The position numbers and the translations under genes are program-made. Under the pieces are notes generated by a model. That model made no database searches. It was not told the origin of the DNA and worked only from the letters and a program-made list of their open reading frames with translations. From Convolutriloba macropyga (taxonomy: Eukaryota), in assembly GCF_964194025.1 (NCBI RefSeq), contig NC_134471.1:17484001-17548000 (forward strand): 64,000 nt of DNA, written 5' to 3'. Below, in pieces: positions 49,158 to 63,300 of the stretch. Position 1 is the first letter of the stretch. The number at the start of each line of letters is the position of its first letter.

Positions 49158-49579
49158 TGTGGTACGGTTGTACCATACTAAGTTCATGTTTCATTACTTA
49201 GTACTATATTAATTTAAGTTTGCCCTTGTCAGACTAAAAGTCATATTTCACATATATTTAATTTACCGCCGACTAATAAGTCAACTTTTCAGTTTCGTTC
49301 ATATCTCCCACTTTTGATTATTTATTCATTCTCTAGAATCTTATTACTGAATTCAGTTGCATTCAATCTACTCTGTTTTGCACTAATCGCGATCCTATCG
49401 GATTTGAGGAGGAATTCCACTTCACTAATTTTGTCTGCAATCGCAGCACGATTGCTAAGTAAATCTAAGAGTAGTAATCCCACAACTCAGTAAAACTTGG
49501 ATTCGCACCTCGAATCCATTCAACTAATTCTAAATGGATTTGTGACACGAATTGCATCTCTACAATCAGGAATATCACA
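49158..49579 (+). repeat. Gypsy 5' LTR (422 bp)
   Basis: About 9 substitutions and 1 indel versus the 3' LTR by manual alignment (~97.5% identity). Confidence 0.96.
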
Positions 49580-52500
49580 TGGCGCAGTCAGCAACTAAAG
49601 AACGTGCACTCCTGGGAATCGAGCCCTTTTGGGAAAAACCAACACTTGAACCTCCATTGCGATGGGATCGAAGGCAGATCATGCTGAAATTTGCTATCAT
49701 GGCTAAAGAAGGCATCTCAATTGATATTCTTCTTGGAGATCCGCCAGACAAAGTTACTCTACCACCAGATCCCATATACGAAATCGACGTTGAAAACAGC
49801 ACAGCTCAAAGCGGACGAGATCGACGAATCCGTAATGAGCAGATGAAGAACTCGTGGTTAAACCATTGTCAGAAAATAGAACTCGTAGGTATACTATGTG
49901 GTGAAAAACCTTGGAAAGATTGTGATAACAAAGCCGTCTCCCTAACGTATCTCAGTTTGGGAATGGAGGGTCGACAAATATTTGGTTCCCAAGAACCAAA
50001 TATACAAATTGATCGAGTAACAACAAAGGTCCTCTGGGAAAGTCTTGATAGAGTGTTTACTAAACAACGAAACATCACATTTGACCGTTATACTTTTCTC
50101 ACTAGAAAGCAAATGAAGGGAGAGCCTTTGGAAAAGTTCTATGGTTGCCTTCGAGAATTATCTTTGAATTGCGATTTAGGAAGCCACGAGGAGTCGATAA
50201 TTCGTGACGTCTTCATAGCTAATATGCAAGATGGCGAAATCCAAAGAGAATTGTTAAAAGAAACACTAACGGCTAAAAAAGCTCTTGAAATTGCTATGAA
50301 CCTTGAAATGGGAATACAAAATCAACTAAAAATATCTGGGTCTCCAGCTTCGACAACTACAAATGAAATTACAAGTCAGATGATAAATAATGTTCAGGGA
50401 TCGTGGAATAGATCACGAGCGTCGACAAACCAGTTTGTCAAGCCAACAATTTGTCCAAATTGTGGCTATGGTTGCTCCCCATCTCATAGACAGAAATGTC
50501 CTGCCCGTGGCAAGAACTGTAAAAACTGCGGAATCGCTAACCATTTTGCTAAAGTTTGTCGAAAATCCAAAGAACCTATTAAACCTAAACCCAGAGTAAA
50601 TTATGTAGACGACTCAATCTCAGAGGCGGCTACTGTCGGTACGTCAGCAACAGCGGCCGATCAAGTCAACAATATAAATAAACCTTTACAGCAGCAGAGC
50701 ATCTACGACGCGAATTATGACTCGGACTACGATGACTTCGATGACAATTGTGTAGCGGCGATTTCAATTCAAAATAACGTTCGTGAGGTAGAACCAGTAA
50801 TTTAGAAATTTGTGCCGGGAATACAAAAACAAAGGCATTGGTGGATTCGGGAAGCGTGTGTACTATTGTAAACAAAAGTCTAGCAGACACAGTAGTGTCC
50901 GAATGCAATGAATGCTATTGGTTTCAGTCGCCAAAAATACATGATTTGAAAAATGTCTCCAATGATATAATCAAGATTGTTGGCGTGATCAATACATCAA
51001 TCGAATGTAATGATTGGATAGCCACGGGCGTTGATGTAACAGTGGTGGAAGATGGACACAGACCTATCATTGGACGAGGTCTTTTTCCAAAGCTAGGTTT
51101 TTCTCTTACTCAGTTGAAACAAGTTGCAAATATTGATCGAAACCAATGTCTAATCAAGAAACAGATTGCATTTGATTTTCCAGAACTCGTCACCCGAATC
51201 GGTAAATCTTTAAAACATTCAGTAAAATCAACATTTCACAAAGAATTTACACCTACACATCAAAAAAGACGACGAGTCCCAATTAACTTACACCCACTAG
51301 TGAATATAGAGCTTAAAGAATTACTTGACGAAAAGCACATAATAAAATTAAACAGTTGTTCACATAAAAATTTTAGTTCACCAATATTAATAACAGTAAA
51401 AAGAGACGAAACAGTTAAATTAGCTTTAGACTCCAAAATTTTAAATAAATCTATCCATAAAATTAAATACCAAATGCCGAATATTGATAATTTAATTGAC
51501 ACGATTCAACAAAATTTGAACACATCCGCATCACAAGAAACAGCATATGTTTAAACCTTGGATTTGAAGTACGCATACAGTCAACTCAATTTAGACCCGG
51601 AAACAGCTCGACATTGTAACTTCAATATCATTAGCGGCGAGAGAACTGGAACGTTTCGCTTTATTACCGGTTTCTACGGATTAACTGATATGCCGGCAGC
51701 ATTCCAGAAAGTAATGGACTATACTTTAGTCGGACTCGAAAATACCTATTGTTTTCTGGATGACATTATAGTAGTTAGCCGTGGTTCTAAAGAAGATCAC
51801 TTAAAATTAGTATATAAATGCTTAAAGAAATTAGATGAGGATAATTTACGAATAAACTTACCTAAATGTCATTTCGCTAAAACAGAAATCGAATGGCTAG
51901 GACATAAATTTAGTCAATCAGGAATTGCACCACTTGAGTCAAAAACAGCGGCAATCGCTTCCCTATCAGCACCAAATAATCTCAAACAACTACGATCATT
52001 TTTAGGTTCTGATCATTACTTAGGAAAATTCATTCCTAATCTATCCCAATTGTGCCGCCCTCTTAGACCATTACTAAAAAAGAACACAAAAATTGTTTGG
52101 AACACTGAACATGAAACTCACTTTCAAGCAATTAAAAAAAAATTCGCAAATGCAACAGAAAATACACATTATAATCCGCACTTGGAAACGCGAATGAAAT
52201 GCGATGCTTCTAGAGCGGGATTAGGAGCAGCTTTAGAACAACGCTCACCTGCAGGTTGGCATACAGTTGCATTCGCGTCTCGTTTCCTCAACTCAAACGA
52301 GGAACAATATAGTGTAAATGAACTTGAATTGTTAGGGGTTGTTTGGTCTGTAGAATATTTTAAATATTATTTGTTTGGCAAATCCTTCACAATTATTACT
52401 GATCATCGAGCACTACTTTCTATTATTAAAGAACATCGATCAAATAAATCCTACAATAGTTGATTAACACGTTGGATCGATCGTCTTTACCTTTTGATTT

Positions 52501-55045
52501 TAACATCGAACATATACCGGGTGCAAAAATGGGGCTGGTAGATTACATTTCGCGCCAACCAAATCAAGAAGCAAAAGTTACAAACAAATATGATGAGGAA
52601 TTTGCGGTCGCAACAATTACCCGCATTCGTGACGCTATTGCTGCAATTTTTGTGAATAACACACCACAAAACTGCCAATCACAGCACTTTAACAGCGTCA
52701 CTCACACACATTCCTTACGTGCCTCGCATCCTCGCTTAACAAACTATTCCAATTTGTTTTCTGCCTTAAATCGTAATACAACTCAGTTGCTTCTTGAAAA
52801 TTCAGCAAACGCAGCACAATTCCAATCTAGTTCAAATAATACTGTAAACTTAACTTCAATCCCGACTCATTCAGAAATTCCTACAAACGCATCACATATC
52901 CATACAATTCTCACTCACACAATGAGCAACATAACATCCAACCCTCAAACTCCCCCTACACACAGCCGAGTCACGTTTCAATCTACCCCGAATTCAGCAG
53001 TGAACACGACGAGATCGTCTACTGAGGGTCAAAAATCGCCAAACTTGGACTTGTCGAAAGAAGAAGTTTTTGAAAATAACTTGACACAGTTATTTACAAA
53101 AGGCTTCTTGGCTGTTCTCACAAGCAAGGATTCCGTCCTTAAAGAGGTGCGTGGTTGCATCCTACAGAACGACCCCCAAAGATGTAAGGAAGTGAACCCA
53201 TACATGTTCTCTTATTGGAGAGTTCTACATGTCTAGATGAACGGGTGGCGATTCCCCATTCTATTCAGGACGCAGTTTTGGAAAGCCTTCACCTAACACA
53301 CCCTGGTAGTTGGGGCATGATAACACTCGGGCAGTACGCGTTCTGGCCGTATATGCACCGAGAAATTATCATCAATGCGGCTCAGTGCAAACCTTGTACT
53401 GATATCGGTAAGAACCTTAAGCCCGTTGTTCCGGCGTCTAAATGGAAACCATTGCAGACATGTAAAGAACCTAATGAAGAAATACAGGTTGATTTTGGAG
53501 GACCCATTACAAATGAAAAAGATCAAGATATTTATTTTCTTACATGTATTGATCGTTTTTCCGAATTTCCCACTGTAGAAGTATTTGAAAAAGCTAATGG
53601 ACCAAATGTTCCTAAATTCTTAGATGACTACATTCACATACATGGTGTACCCCGAAATATTAGATTAGATCAAGCACGTTGTTTAATTGGTAACAAAGTA
53701 AAATTTTTCTGTAAACAACATAACATTAACATACTCACTGCCCCTGTCAATGACCATAGAGCTATAGGATTAGTAGAGCGTTTGATACAGACATTTGAAA
53801 GACGCTTAAGCTGCATAAAATTAGATAATAGAAACCAATCATTCACAATTAAAGAAGCAATAAAGTCAATTGTCTATCAATTACGTATTTGCAAATAAAA
53901 GACAACAAACGTAACACCTTTCCAAGCACATTTTGGAAGAAAGCCAAACACGCCACTAAGTAATATAAGTACAGTCCCAAAGTCATCTAATCTCTCATAT
54001 GAAGATATTCTTCATCACTATTTAGATGCTGATACCGTCCCAGTAGAAGACTACCTTGACGAAAACTGTTGGGTCACAGGCGATTGTAGTGATATCCTCA
54101 TTGAAGAGGCAATGCAGAAAGCGCAAGTGGATGCGGGACGTCGCTACAATGGGGATCACAATATGTCCATTTCCCGTTTTATTGTGCATCCTAAATTAAA
54201 CAACCCCATTCCTCGGACACAAAAGTCACTTGATCTTAAATTGGCCCGCAAAGTAACGAAGCGATCAAAACGGGACCTTCGGGGATTATGGGAGACTCTT
54301 GCACCGGGTAGTACAGTAGTACGAACATCTGTTACTACCACAGTCATTAAAGAACCTGGTGTACCCGAAGTTTGCGTAAGCAATAGTGATATTGCCAAAT
54401 TTGGAACTCGCGCAGAACGCAAAACAGGTCTTTGGGAGTATGCAAAGCGCCGCCCTCTCCCCTATGAAAAAACCACAGGGAAAAGATTTCGCAGCACAGC
54501 AAAGAGCTTAAAAAAAATTCCGTGGGGAAGTCAAAATTCGCCACCGCCCAACCCAATCAGACGCGGCCTCGGGAGTCTCGTCCGCCAATAGCAATATTTC
54601 GAAAGCGATGGCGTTGCAAAAACCGAAAAAGCCCCATGTAGGAGGCAAACGTTCTAGAACTACTTCTACAACCCTTAATACATGGAATGCTTCTTCTGTT
54701 GCTGCGTCGTCAGCAACAGCTTCCGCAGCCTCACCTTCAACGTCCCGAAATAAACGAACCCGACGCGCCCCCGACTATTTCTGTTTTGAAAGTTCTGTGT
54801 GCTCAGTTAGCGATGACTCTGCCGCTCCTGCACATAAGAAGCAAAAGCTTGATAATCCAGTAAGCGCGACAGTACTTCAAGAAGAGGCGGCTGAACCTCC
54901 AGCACCGGCGACCTATTATGAGCTCCAAGTAGTGAGTCCTCCAGCACCCCCTCCTGTTGGAACATGGTCACCCGAAAGCTATGACTATGAGGAATATACC
55001 AGAGAAATCAGTATGAGTGTCTTTGACGCGGAGAATCAAATTTAA
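49579..55045 (+). pseudogene. Gypsy gag-pol
   Basis: Double CCHC-type knuckle (CPNCG..H..C-PARGKNCKNCG..NHFAKVC), LVDSGS, FLDD, CDASRAGLGA, H..HPG..C..C, DFGGP and GLVER; several stops and frameshifts. Confidence 0.93.
49580..49589 (+). other. Primer-binding site, probably tRNA-Ser
   Basis: TGGCGCAGTC directly after the LTR, complementary to the ...GACUGCG-CCA end of invertebrate tRNA-Ser. Confidence 0.65.
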
Positions 55046-55476
55046 ACTTCAAACAATTATGTTCAACTTGTTAAATTGTTGCTTGTGCTTCTAAATTCAA
55101 TAATCCTTCATTCTTAATTTAAATATGGATTGTTATCACTTGTGCGCTCATTTTGCATTAATGATCACTTTTAATTTGCGTTTGTGTCTCAAATTCTTCA
55201 ATTACATTTGATGCTGCATTTGTATCAATATTCAAAATGTTATTACTTTCGTGGATTCGCACCTCGATTGTGCCTCAGTTTATGTTTTCTGTTTGTGCTG
55301 TAAAGCAAATGTTGAGAGTTTCTATTGAATTTATTCTCTAAATTTCAGCTCCTCATTTCCATTGCCATGTCATCATTTATTTGCAGTTACTATTTATACT
55401 AACCAGTACATATGTTAATATTATTCAAAAATTTTACACTGTTGCAGTTTAAAAATTTTCTCTCGAGCAGAGAATA

Positions 55477-55899
55477 TGTGGTACGGTTGTACCATATTAA
55501 TTTCATGTTTCATTACTTAGTACTATATTAATTTAAGTTTGCCCTTGTCAGACTAAAAGTCATATTTCACATATATTTAATTTACCGCCGATTAATAAGT
55601 CAACTTTTCAGTTTTGTTCATATCTCCCACTTTTGATTATTTATTCAATCTCTAGAATCTTATTACTGAATTCAGTTGCATTCAATCTACTCTGTTTAGC
55701 ACTAATCGCGATCCTATCGGATTTGAGGAGGAATTCCACCTTCACTAATTTTGTCTGCAATCGCAGCACGATTGCTAAGTAAATCTAAGAGTAGTAATCC
55801 CACAACTCAGTAAAAATTGGATTCGCACCTCGAATCCATTCAACTAATTCTAAGTGGATTTGTGACACGAATTGCATCTCTACAGTCAGGAATATCACA
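55477..55899 (+). repeat. Gypsy 3' LTR (423 bp)
   Basis: Direct repeat of 49158-49579, preceded by the purine-rich GAGCAGAGAATA. Confidence 0.96.
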
Positions 55900-57369
55900 C
55901 TGTTCATAGGTTGTTTTTTTTCAATTGAACGTTTTTTCTAGATTCTCCTCTCTAGGTTTCCCCTCCTCCTGGTTGGGTTTCCAGGGCCGTGTCTCGTTGA
56001 CTTCAGCCTGTAGCACGGTACCTTCTAGAGATATTCTCAATATGTTCTTGTATTTTTACAACATTTGTATATTTTGATGAGCCTGATAAATAATCAATTC
56101 AATAATTATGTCACTGTTAAGTTTATTTTGCAGCTTCTCTCGTCAGTCTGTCGGCTCTGTTAGGAAAAGTCAGATCACAACACTTGAGTTTTTTTTAGAA
56201 ATAGCAGAATGAGCACACCCCTTACAATAGATTTGATACCAAGGGGTTTTTAAAGAACTGCAACTTAAATTATTTGACAATCGGTTTAATTTTCGACAGC
56301 TTGTTTCTTATGGAGATATTGAATGCCTGTTTTCTGATGGAGTAGTCATTTAAGGGCGTAATATTGAATTGTGTAACATTTTCAAAAAATTTTGTGCATC
56401 TAATCTCGTATATAGTAACTGTTGTGTTGAATTTCCAAAATCTGTTGAAATTCCAAACTATTTGAAAGTTATTTCAACGCCGTTCTCCACATTTTTTTGT
56501 CATTTCGCAGCGATTTTTGGTTTAGTTAGCTTGGTTTAGTTTATCTTTTTAGTTGCTTATTACGTTCAATTTCATCTCTTGAATCAGCTTTGCGTCAAAT
56601 TTGAAAGTGCACTGCTGTAAAGTAACCAAGTTCCTTTATATTTTATCTCCCCCCACACCCTCATTTTCCTCCCCCCCACCTACAATTTCGTCCTCCAAAA
56701 CCCATTCATTTCCTGATTTCCATTCCCCCAACCTATTTCCATTGAAGCTTTTTATTTAAGTTGATTTTATTGAAGAAGTCAGAAGTGGTTGACATTCACT
56801 TTCAATATTATTTATAGTAAGGGATTTCCCGTTTTTACCACAACTTGTGTGCCAATGGCGCGAATTATAATGTATTTATAGAGCTTGATTGGCTACCATG
56901 GTTGCGACTTTCAGAATTACAAATATTAATAAAAAGTTGTCTTGGTATGCAAGACTTAGGCCGAAGAGCATAAACATTTCTTGCGTATCCTAGGGTCAAA
57001 AAAGGACCATTGGTAAACTTGCTCGACTCAGAGTGGGGCATTTTTGATTTTATAGGGGGTAACTTAGGCATTTGACACTTAGCACATTTAAACTCTGGTT
57101 TGATAACTTCACAAGTTTTAATCAAAAACATCACAATCACAAAAGATCCAACAGATTTTTAATCTGGCTCTAGAAGTGAAGACTGATTTGAGAGTTCTCC
57201 TGAGAAGGATGCTTGCGTGGGATGCCTAGTCACGACAGATGGGCTAGCCTTACTTGCAGAATTGAAAGTCTCCATTTCGAAAGCTGGATTTTAATAGGCG
57301 TCTAGTTATCGTTGGATCAATATAGTATCTTTCCGCATTAGTTCTGAAAGGAGTAGGTCTTCCTCTAGG

Positions 57370-60300
57370 TGAAATTTAAAAGCACCACTAACACACACAT
57401 TGACTTAGGATTAGTTGCAAGGCCTGGTATGCCCTTGCTACATTAAGGTTTATAGGAACGTGAAGTTATCCCCCCACCAGTGTCAGTAGACACACACATT
57501 AGTCAAAAGTTAGCCACCACAGGATAGGGTTCTTTCTGTCGCGCTCGAAAAACAAATAGGCAACCGGACAAAAAATTATAATTGTCTACGTTCGTAGGAG
57601 ATTCACTGATTAGTGAAACGGTTTAACTCTATACAACTTATTAACGAAGCTTCATCAAACTTCACTGATTAGTGATTGCGACAAGCAAAAACATAGCAGA
57701 CAAACATTAGGCGAAAAACATTAGCTAAGCACAGTAAGCAACAGCCTCATTTAAATTATAGGTTTTAACATAACAAAAGATAGAATAGGGCTGTTACAAG
57801 GAAACATAGTGCAGTAACAGTGCAGTATAAACTTTGTAAAATAAGAAAAAACCTCTATCTAAAACAGTCAATATGCCAAACAAGTCCAAAACATCATCAG
57901 CAGCAATGAACAGCCTCAAGCAACAACTTCAGTTGAAAGTGATACAGTGGAACGCAGTAAAAGACCTCTTCGAAGAACAAAGCAAAAGTAAAGAAGGTCT
58001 AAGCATACTACGTGAAACTTTGGAACTCTTGAGGTCTCAAAAAGAGCAGTTAGACAGAAGTTGCAATGAACTCATGAAGCTACAGCTGACAAGTGAAGAG
58101 TTGACAACACTTGCTAATGAAGCTGCCAAAAAATATAACATAACCATGCTGAAATGCAAACAGAGAGCAAAAAGCACACAGAACAGATGCAAGTAACACT
58201 GAATCTGGTTTTAACACATCAGCAGCGCCTTCCCCTAATCTATTGAGAAAACAGTACTCTTTACGCAATAGAGCAATGAAACATCATTTCGCAAGCCGCA
58301 ACAATCAGGAAAGTAACAATGCTGACTCGTCCGACTCAGAAGACCCTGATAATTCTCAACCCGTTCAGAACATTGAAGAGAGAGGAAGGAACCGGGAATT
58401 TTTCACAGGGGCAATGAGAACAGATGAACGATCGAGAGAAGAGAACAATGTTCAACGGCAGAGCCGACATGAGAGTGAGGACAGCAGAGCAGGGCATTTG
58501 CAACAACCATGTTATTTTCACAACAATAACCAGGCTTCTCCCCACAACGGAACCAGAGAACCAGATTGAACACTTTTTCTGGAAGGGGGCCTTCAGATGT
58601 TTCATGTCAACTCTGCTCACAAAACCACAACCTTGGAGTGAGAGTGAGGACAGCAGAGCAGGGCATTTGCAACAACCATGTTATTTTCACAACAATAACC
58701 AGGCTGCTCCGACCATGAGCCATAGGTAGACACCACAAACCAATCAACTACCAGTGAACAATTTCAGCGGACCAGATGGACACAATAACAACGGCTATAG
58801 TAACAACCTATACAATGGCTTTCCAAGTTTCCCACCAGACTGGATGCAAAACCAAGCACTGATGATACAGAACACATTGAGTTTGCCTAAGATTTCAATC
58901 GACAACTTCACTGGTAATCCTCTGAAATGGCATCAGTCGTTCAGTTTCTTCAAAGCAACCATTCACAACAACAGTGGCCTCTCAGACAACCAAAAAATGA
59001 CATAACTCCAAAAATCAGTAACTCATAAAGCAAGAGATTCCATAAGTGGACACTCCTACAATGGGGATTACTACCATGAAGCCATCGCTGAATTGACCAA
59101 AAAATTTGGCAAACCACAGCATATTGTTGCTGCATACCTGGATCAATTAGAGAAGTGGCCAAAACCCAGATTAGACGAGCCAAACTCTTTTGTGAGCTTC
59201 TCGTCTTTCTTGAGGAGACTTGTACAAACCTTCCGACTCCGCAACTTTGAAGCTGATCTGAAGTCTTCAGCTGTCTTGAGAATGGCCAGAGACAAATTGA
59301 ACCCTAACAGGATAATCAGATGGAATCAACACACAAGAAGCCAAGGCTTGCTGCAACCTAGTCTTACCCACTTTGCTGATTGGATTGACTCATACGCAGA
59401 GGTGTGCGAAGTTATCTCCCCACAACGGAACCAAAGAACCAGAGTGAACACTTTTTCTGGAAGGGGGCCTTCAGATGTTTCATGTCAACTCTGCTCACAA
59501 AACCAAAACTTTGGTCGTTGTCCCGAATACTTGGAAAAGTCATTGTATGACCGACAGGGTTGTGTGAGGAGTTTCTATCTCTGCCCTAACTGTCTAAGAG
59601 CTCACGAAAAGGGTCTCTGCCAATCGAAAACAAGGTGCCTTGTGGACAGAAGCAATGGCTTCCATCACTCAACGCTCCATAGGACAGATGCAAGGCAACA
59701 GCAACAAAATGCACAACCAATTGAGAACTGGAATCAAAACTCACAAAACAATGTCTTCAGAAACCAAACAAACCAAAACCAGTCAAGCTATGGACGTAAC
59801 TTTAAAAATGAAAACCAAAGGCAGCAGACGAGTTCAAACTACAACCAACAGAGTGGAAACCAGAACAGGAAAAGTGGATCTAACAGCAGCACTTCACACA
59901 GGGGCAACTGGAACAAAAGCGGTTTTCACCCTCAGCCAATGAACGCGCAGAACAACGTCAGCAGACAGCAGAGTAACAATCAACGCACTGTAGCCCAACA
60001 GCAGGCAACTACTCCACAACAAAACTACAAAACTACACTTGCAGCAATCAACAGGAAACTTCGTGGATCAGACCGCAGATACAATTGCAGGCGATACCAT
60101 TAACACTTTTCAAAAGAGATCTTTGCATTGAAACCTACGCCTTGTTGGACAGTGGCAGTGACAACACTCAAATAACACAGAAGGTTGCGGATGCACTTCA
60201 AGTTCAACAACCGAAAGACATAACCCTACAACTAGCTTCACTTCACGGTGAACACTCAGTTAAAACAGCAGATGTCATGATCGGCATAGGAGCTTTGTGC

Positions 60301-63300
60301 AGCAGTTGTCCTGTGATCAGAATCCCTGTGTACGCAACAGCAATGGAGGAGTTTTGAATGACAAGAGTTCAAATTGAAATGTTGAATGAGATCTGCAGAG
60401 ACCATTCTCACCTCCAGAAGATAAGATTTCCAGCAATCAGAGACAACCGGATCGGAATTCTGATTGGAGCAGATGCATTCACAGCAAGGGTTCTGAGACA
60501 GTTCACAACAGGACACACTGGCACCCCATACGGAGTCAACACTCTGCTTGGCTGGACACTGACAGGGCCCATTCCTCAGAGGTACACAAAGAAGAGGGTT
60601 GGACAGTCAAACAGCACAAGCATAACACTTTTCAATCATATCAGGAGACGACAAGACGATCCAGATGAAAATCTTCTCTCACTCTTCTGGACAATTGAAG
60701 GAGTGAACTTCAATCAGTGCTCTTCAAAGGGACAATCTTCAGATGACAAAGAAGCTCTGTCCATCCTCATTGATACCATAAAACACATTGGTGACAGATA
60801 CCAGATTGGACTTCCATGGAAGAAAGACATCAAACTTCCTAACAACTACTTCATGGCCAAAGTTCTGTGGCACGCTCTGCAGCAGAGACTGGAGAGGGAC
60901 ACAAATTTGAGAGAACGCTACGAGGAAACCATCAAAAAGATTTGGATAAAAACTACATCACAACTGCAGACCCCAGTTGCAGACACTCTGTATGGTACCT
61001 TCCCCATCATCCAGTGATCAACAAACAGAAACCAGATAAAATCCGCAGAGTCACAAATGCTGCTTCCAAATATAAGGGTACCTCACTCAATGACGCACTG
61101 CTGACAGGGCCGGATGTACTCTACAAACTGCATGGCCTTCTTCTCCGCTTCAGACAGTACTCAGTGGCAATCCCAGCTGACATCGAGGCAAAGTTCATGC
61201 AGATTGGCATCCAACCACAAGACCAGGACTGTCTCCGTTTTCTGTGGACACAGAATGGCAATGAAAAGATCTTCAAATACAATGGACTCATTTTTGGAGC
61301 GACATGCTCACCTTCTTGTGCGATTTTTGTTCTGCAGAAGTGCGCAAATGACCACAAACAAGAACGTTCAGAGGCTCACACATCAATCATGCAGCAGTTC
61401 TACATGGATGATTTCATGCAGACCTACCCTTCTGAAGAGGAGGCCCGCAGAAGTGCAGATGAGATCAAAACTGTTTTGCATACAGGAGGATTCAATCTGA
61501 CAAAGTTCCTGAGCAACAGACCAGCCGCATTAGATAACCTACTGAAAGAAGACAAGGCGGAAATGAAATCCCAAAGAATCCCTGGTCAGACGTGGGACCC
61601 CAAAACTGACAAGTTGATGTTTGCAAAACCGAACCTTCTCTACACAGGACAATAGATGACTCAAAGAAAGGTGCTTTCAATGGCAGCTTCTCTGTTCGAC
61701 CCAGTCGGACTGATTTCACCTTTTGCCATCAGAATTAGATGCATTCTCCAAAGAATCATTAAAGAGGGAAGAAACTGGGTTCAACCTGTGTCGGAATGCT
61801 ACCAACAGGAACTACAGGAGTGGATGGATGAGTTTGACAGCATGACTTCAATGGAAATTCCTAGATGCTTGATTACCAGCACCAATGGAACCCATCAACT
61901 TCACACGTTCACTGACGCCTCAATGAGTGCAATTGCTGCCATAGTTTATACGAGGACAACCAAAGCCAATGGATCTTCCACAACCCCATATGTGATCAGT
62001 AAAACAAAAGTGGCGCCGATCAAGCAGCTGAGCATTCCAAAACTGGAATTGGAAGCGGCAGCACTTGGAGCAGAGCTAGCTGGATTCTGTGAGAGCGAGA
62101 TGACAACAACCATAAGTTCAAAGCACTTTTGGACAGACAGCGCCGCTACACTTGGATGGATAAAATCCAAGCAGAAACAGAAGATGTATATTGCCAACAG
62201 ATTGACCAAAATTCATGAGAATTCCAACCCGGACAATTGGAGACACATCCTTGGAAAGATGAATCCCGCTGACCACGGCACACGAGGCCTCATCCCATCA
62301 GACATACCAAAGCCGTGGCTTCAACCACCGGACTTTCTGAGCACACCTCAATCTCAAGACTCCTGAATTTTTGCCGAAAAACAGTGATCCCCACATATGC
62401 GCTACACAAGCGACACAACTTCAGACGCCAGTCGTTGAGGTTGAAAAATTTTCAACGTGGAGTCGACTACTCAACACTACTAGAATGGTGTTCCAGACAA
62501 TAAGACGTTTCAAGGCAAAAGTCCGAACTAGAAGACACAACGAATAACCTGAGACCTCTAACAATGTCATTTTTGCGTCAGACGAGAAAAGGGCAAGGAA
62601 CTACCTCATTAAAATGTTCCAACACGAGCTATTCTCAGGAAAAATTTCTCCACAGTTGAAGAGAGACAATCTTGAGAAAGGAGACAAGCTGATGCCCTTC
62701 ACACCATTTCTAGATGACGACGGACTTTTGAGGGTAGGAGGAAGACTCAGCAAAGCATCTCTAACCTACAGTGCGAAACATCCTCTTGTTCTCCATAGCA
62801 GGAGCAAAATTGAAAGACTTGATTGAAAAGGCGCACCATGACTTTGGCCATCAGGGCGTGGAACATGTGAAGGCTCGCCTGCAACAAATTTTCCTGATGA
62901 TTGGATTGAGAAAAGTGCTGCGAAGTCTGGGGAAATACTGTTTCATTTGCAGACGATGGAGGGCAGACAATATGAGACCGAGGATGGCCGATCTTCCTGA
63001 ATTCAGATTTCCAGATGCAAACAAGCAGTACCCCTTGGTCAACACACGAATGGACATGTTTGGACCATTCTACAATGAGGACAAGAGAGAGGGCACCCAG
63101 ATGCACTACGTCTGCTTGTTCAAATGCCTGGTCACCAGAGCTGTCCACCTAGAAGTATGCCATGACCTCTCAACCGATTGTCTCCTCATGACCATCCGCA
63201 GATTTGTATCACGACGTGGATACCCTGACCTCATTGTGAGTGACAATTGCAAAAACTTCATTGGAGCCAACCAAGCAATGAGGTTTAAGTTCCAGAGAAG

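Larger units (their letters stand above)
49158..55899 (+). mobile_element. Ty3/Gypsy LTR retrotransposon (Mag-like), full length, degenerate
   Basis: TG...CA LTRs, 5-bp TSD CTGTT (49153-49157 and 55900-55904), PBS, and domain order gag-PR-RT-RH-IN. Confidence 0.96.
47930..56103 (+). mobile_element. 5'-truncated CR1/L2-type LINE split by the Gypsy insertion
   Basis: RT fragment DLKNVFDTINHSILL..YGFRG..SYL.NR.Q.V..GV.KGSVLGPLLFL..IND and KYLGVLID.KL in 48090-49157. A 3' UTR-like stretch resumes at 55900 and ends AATAATCAATTCAAT. Confidence 0.8.

Noticed and set aside
56865-57369. 91-aa minus-strand ORF and nearby coding-like sequence
   Set aside because: No motif, and interrupted by stops.
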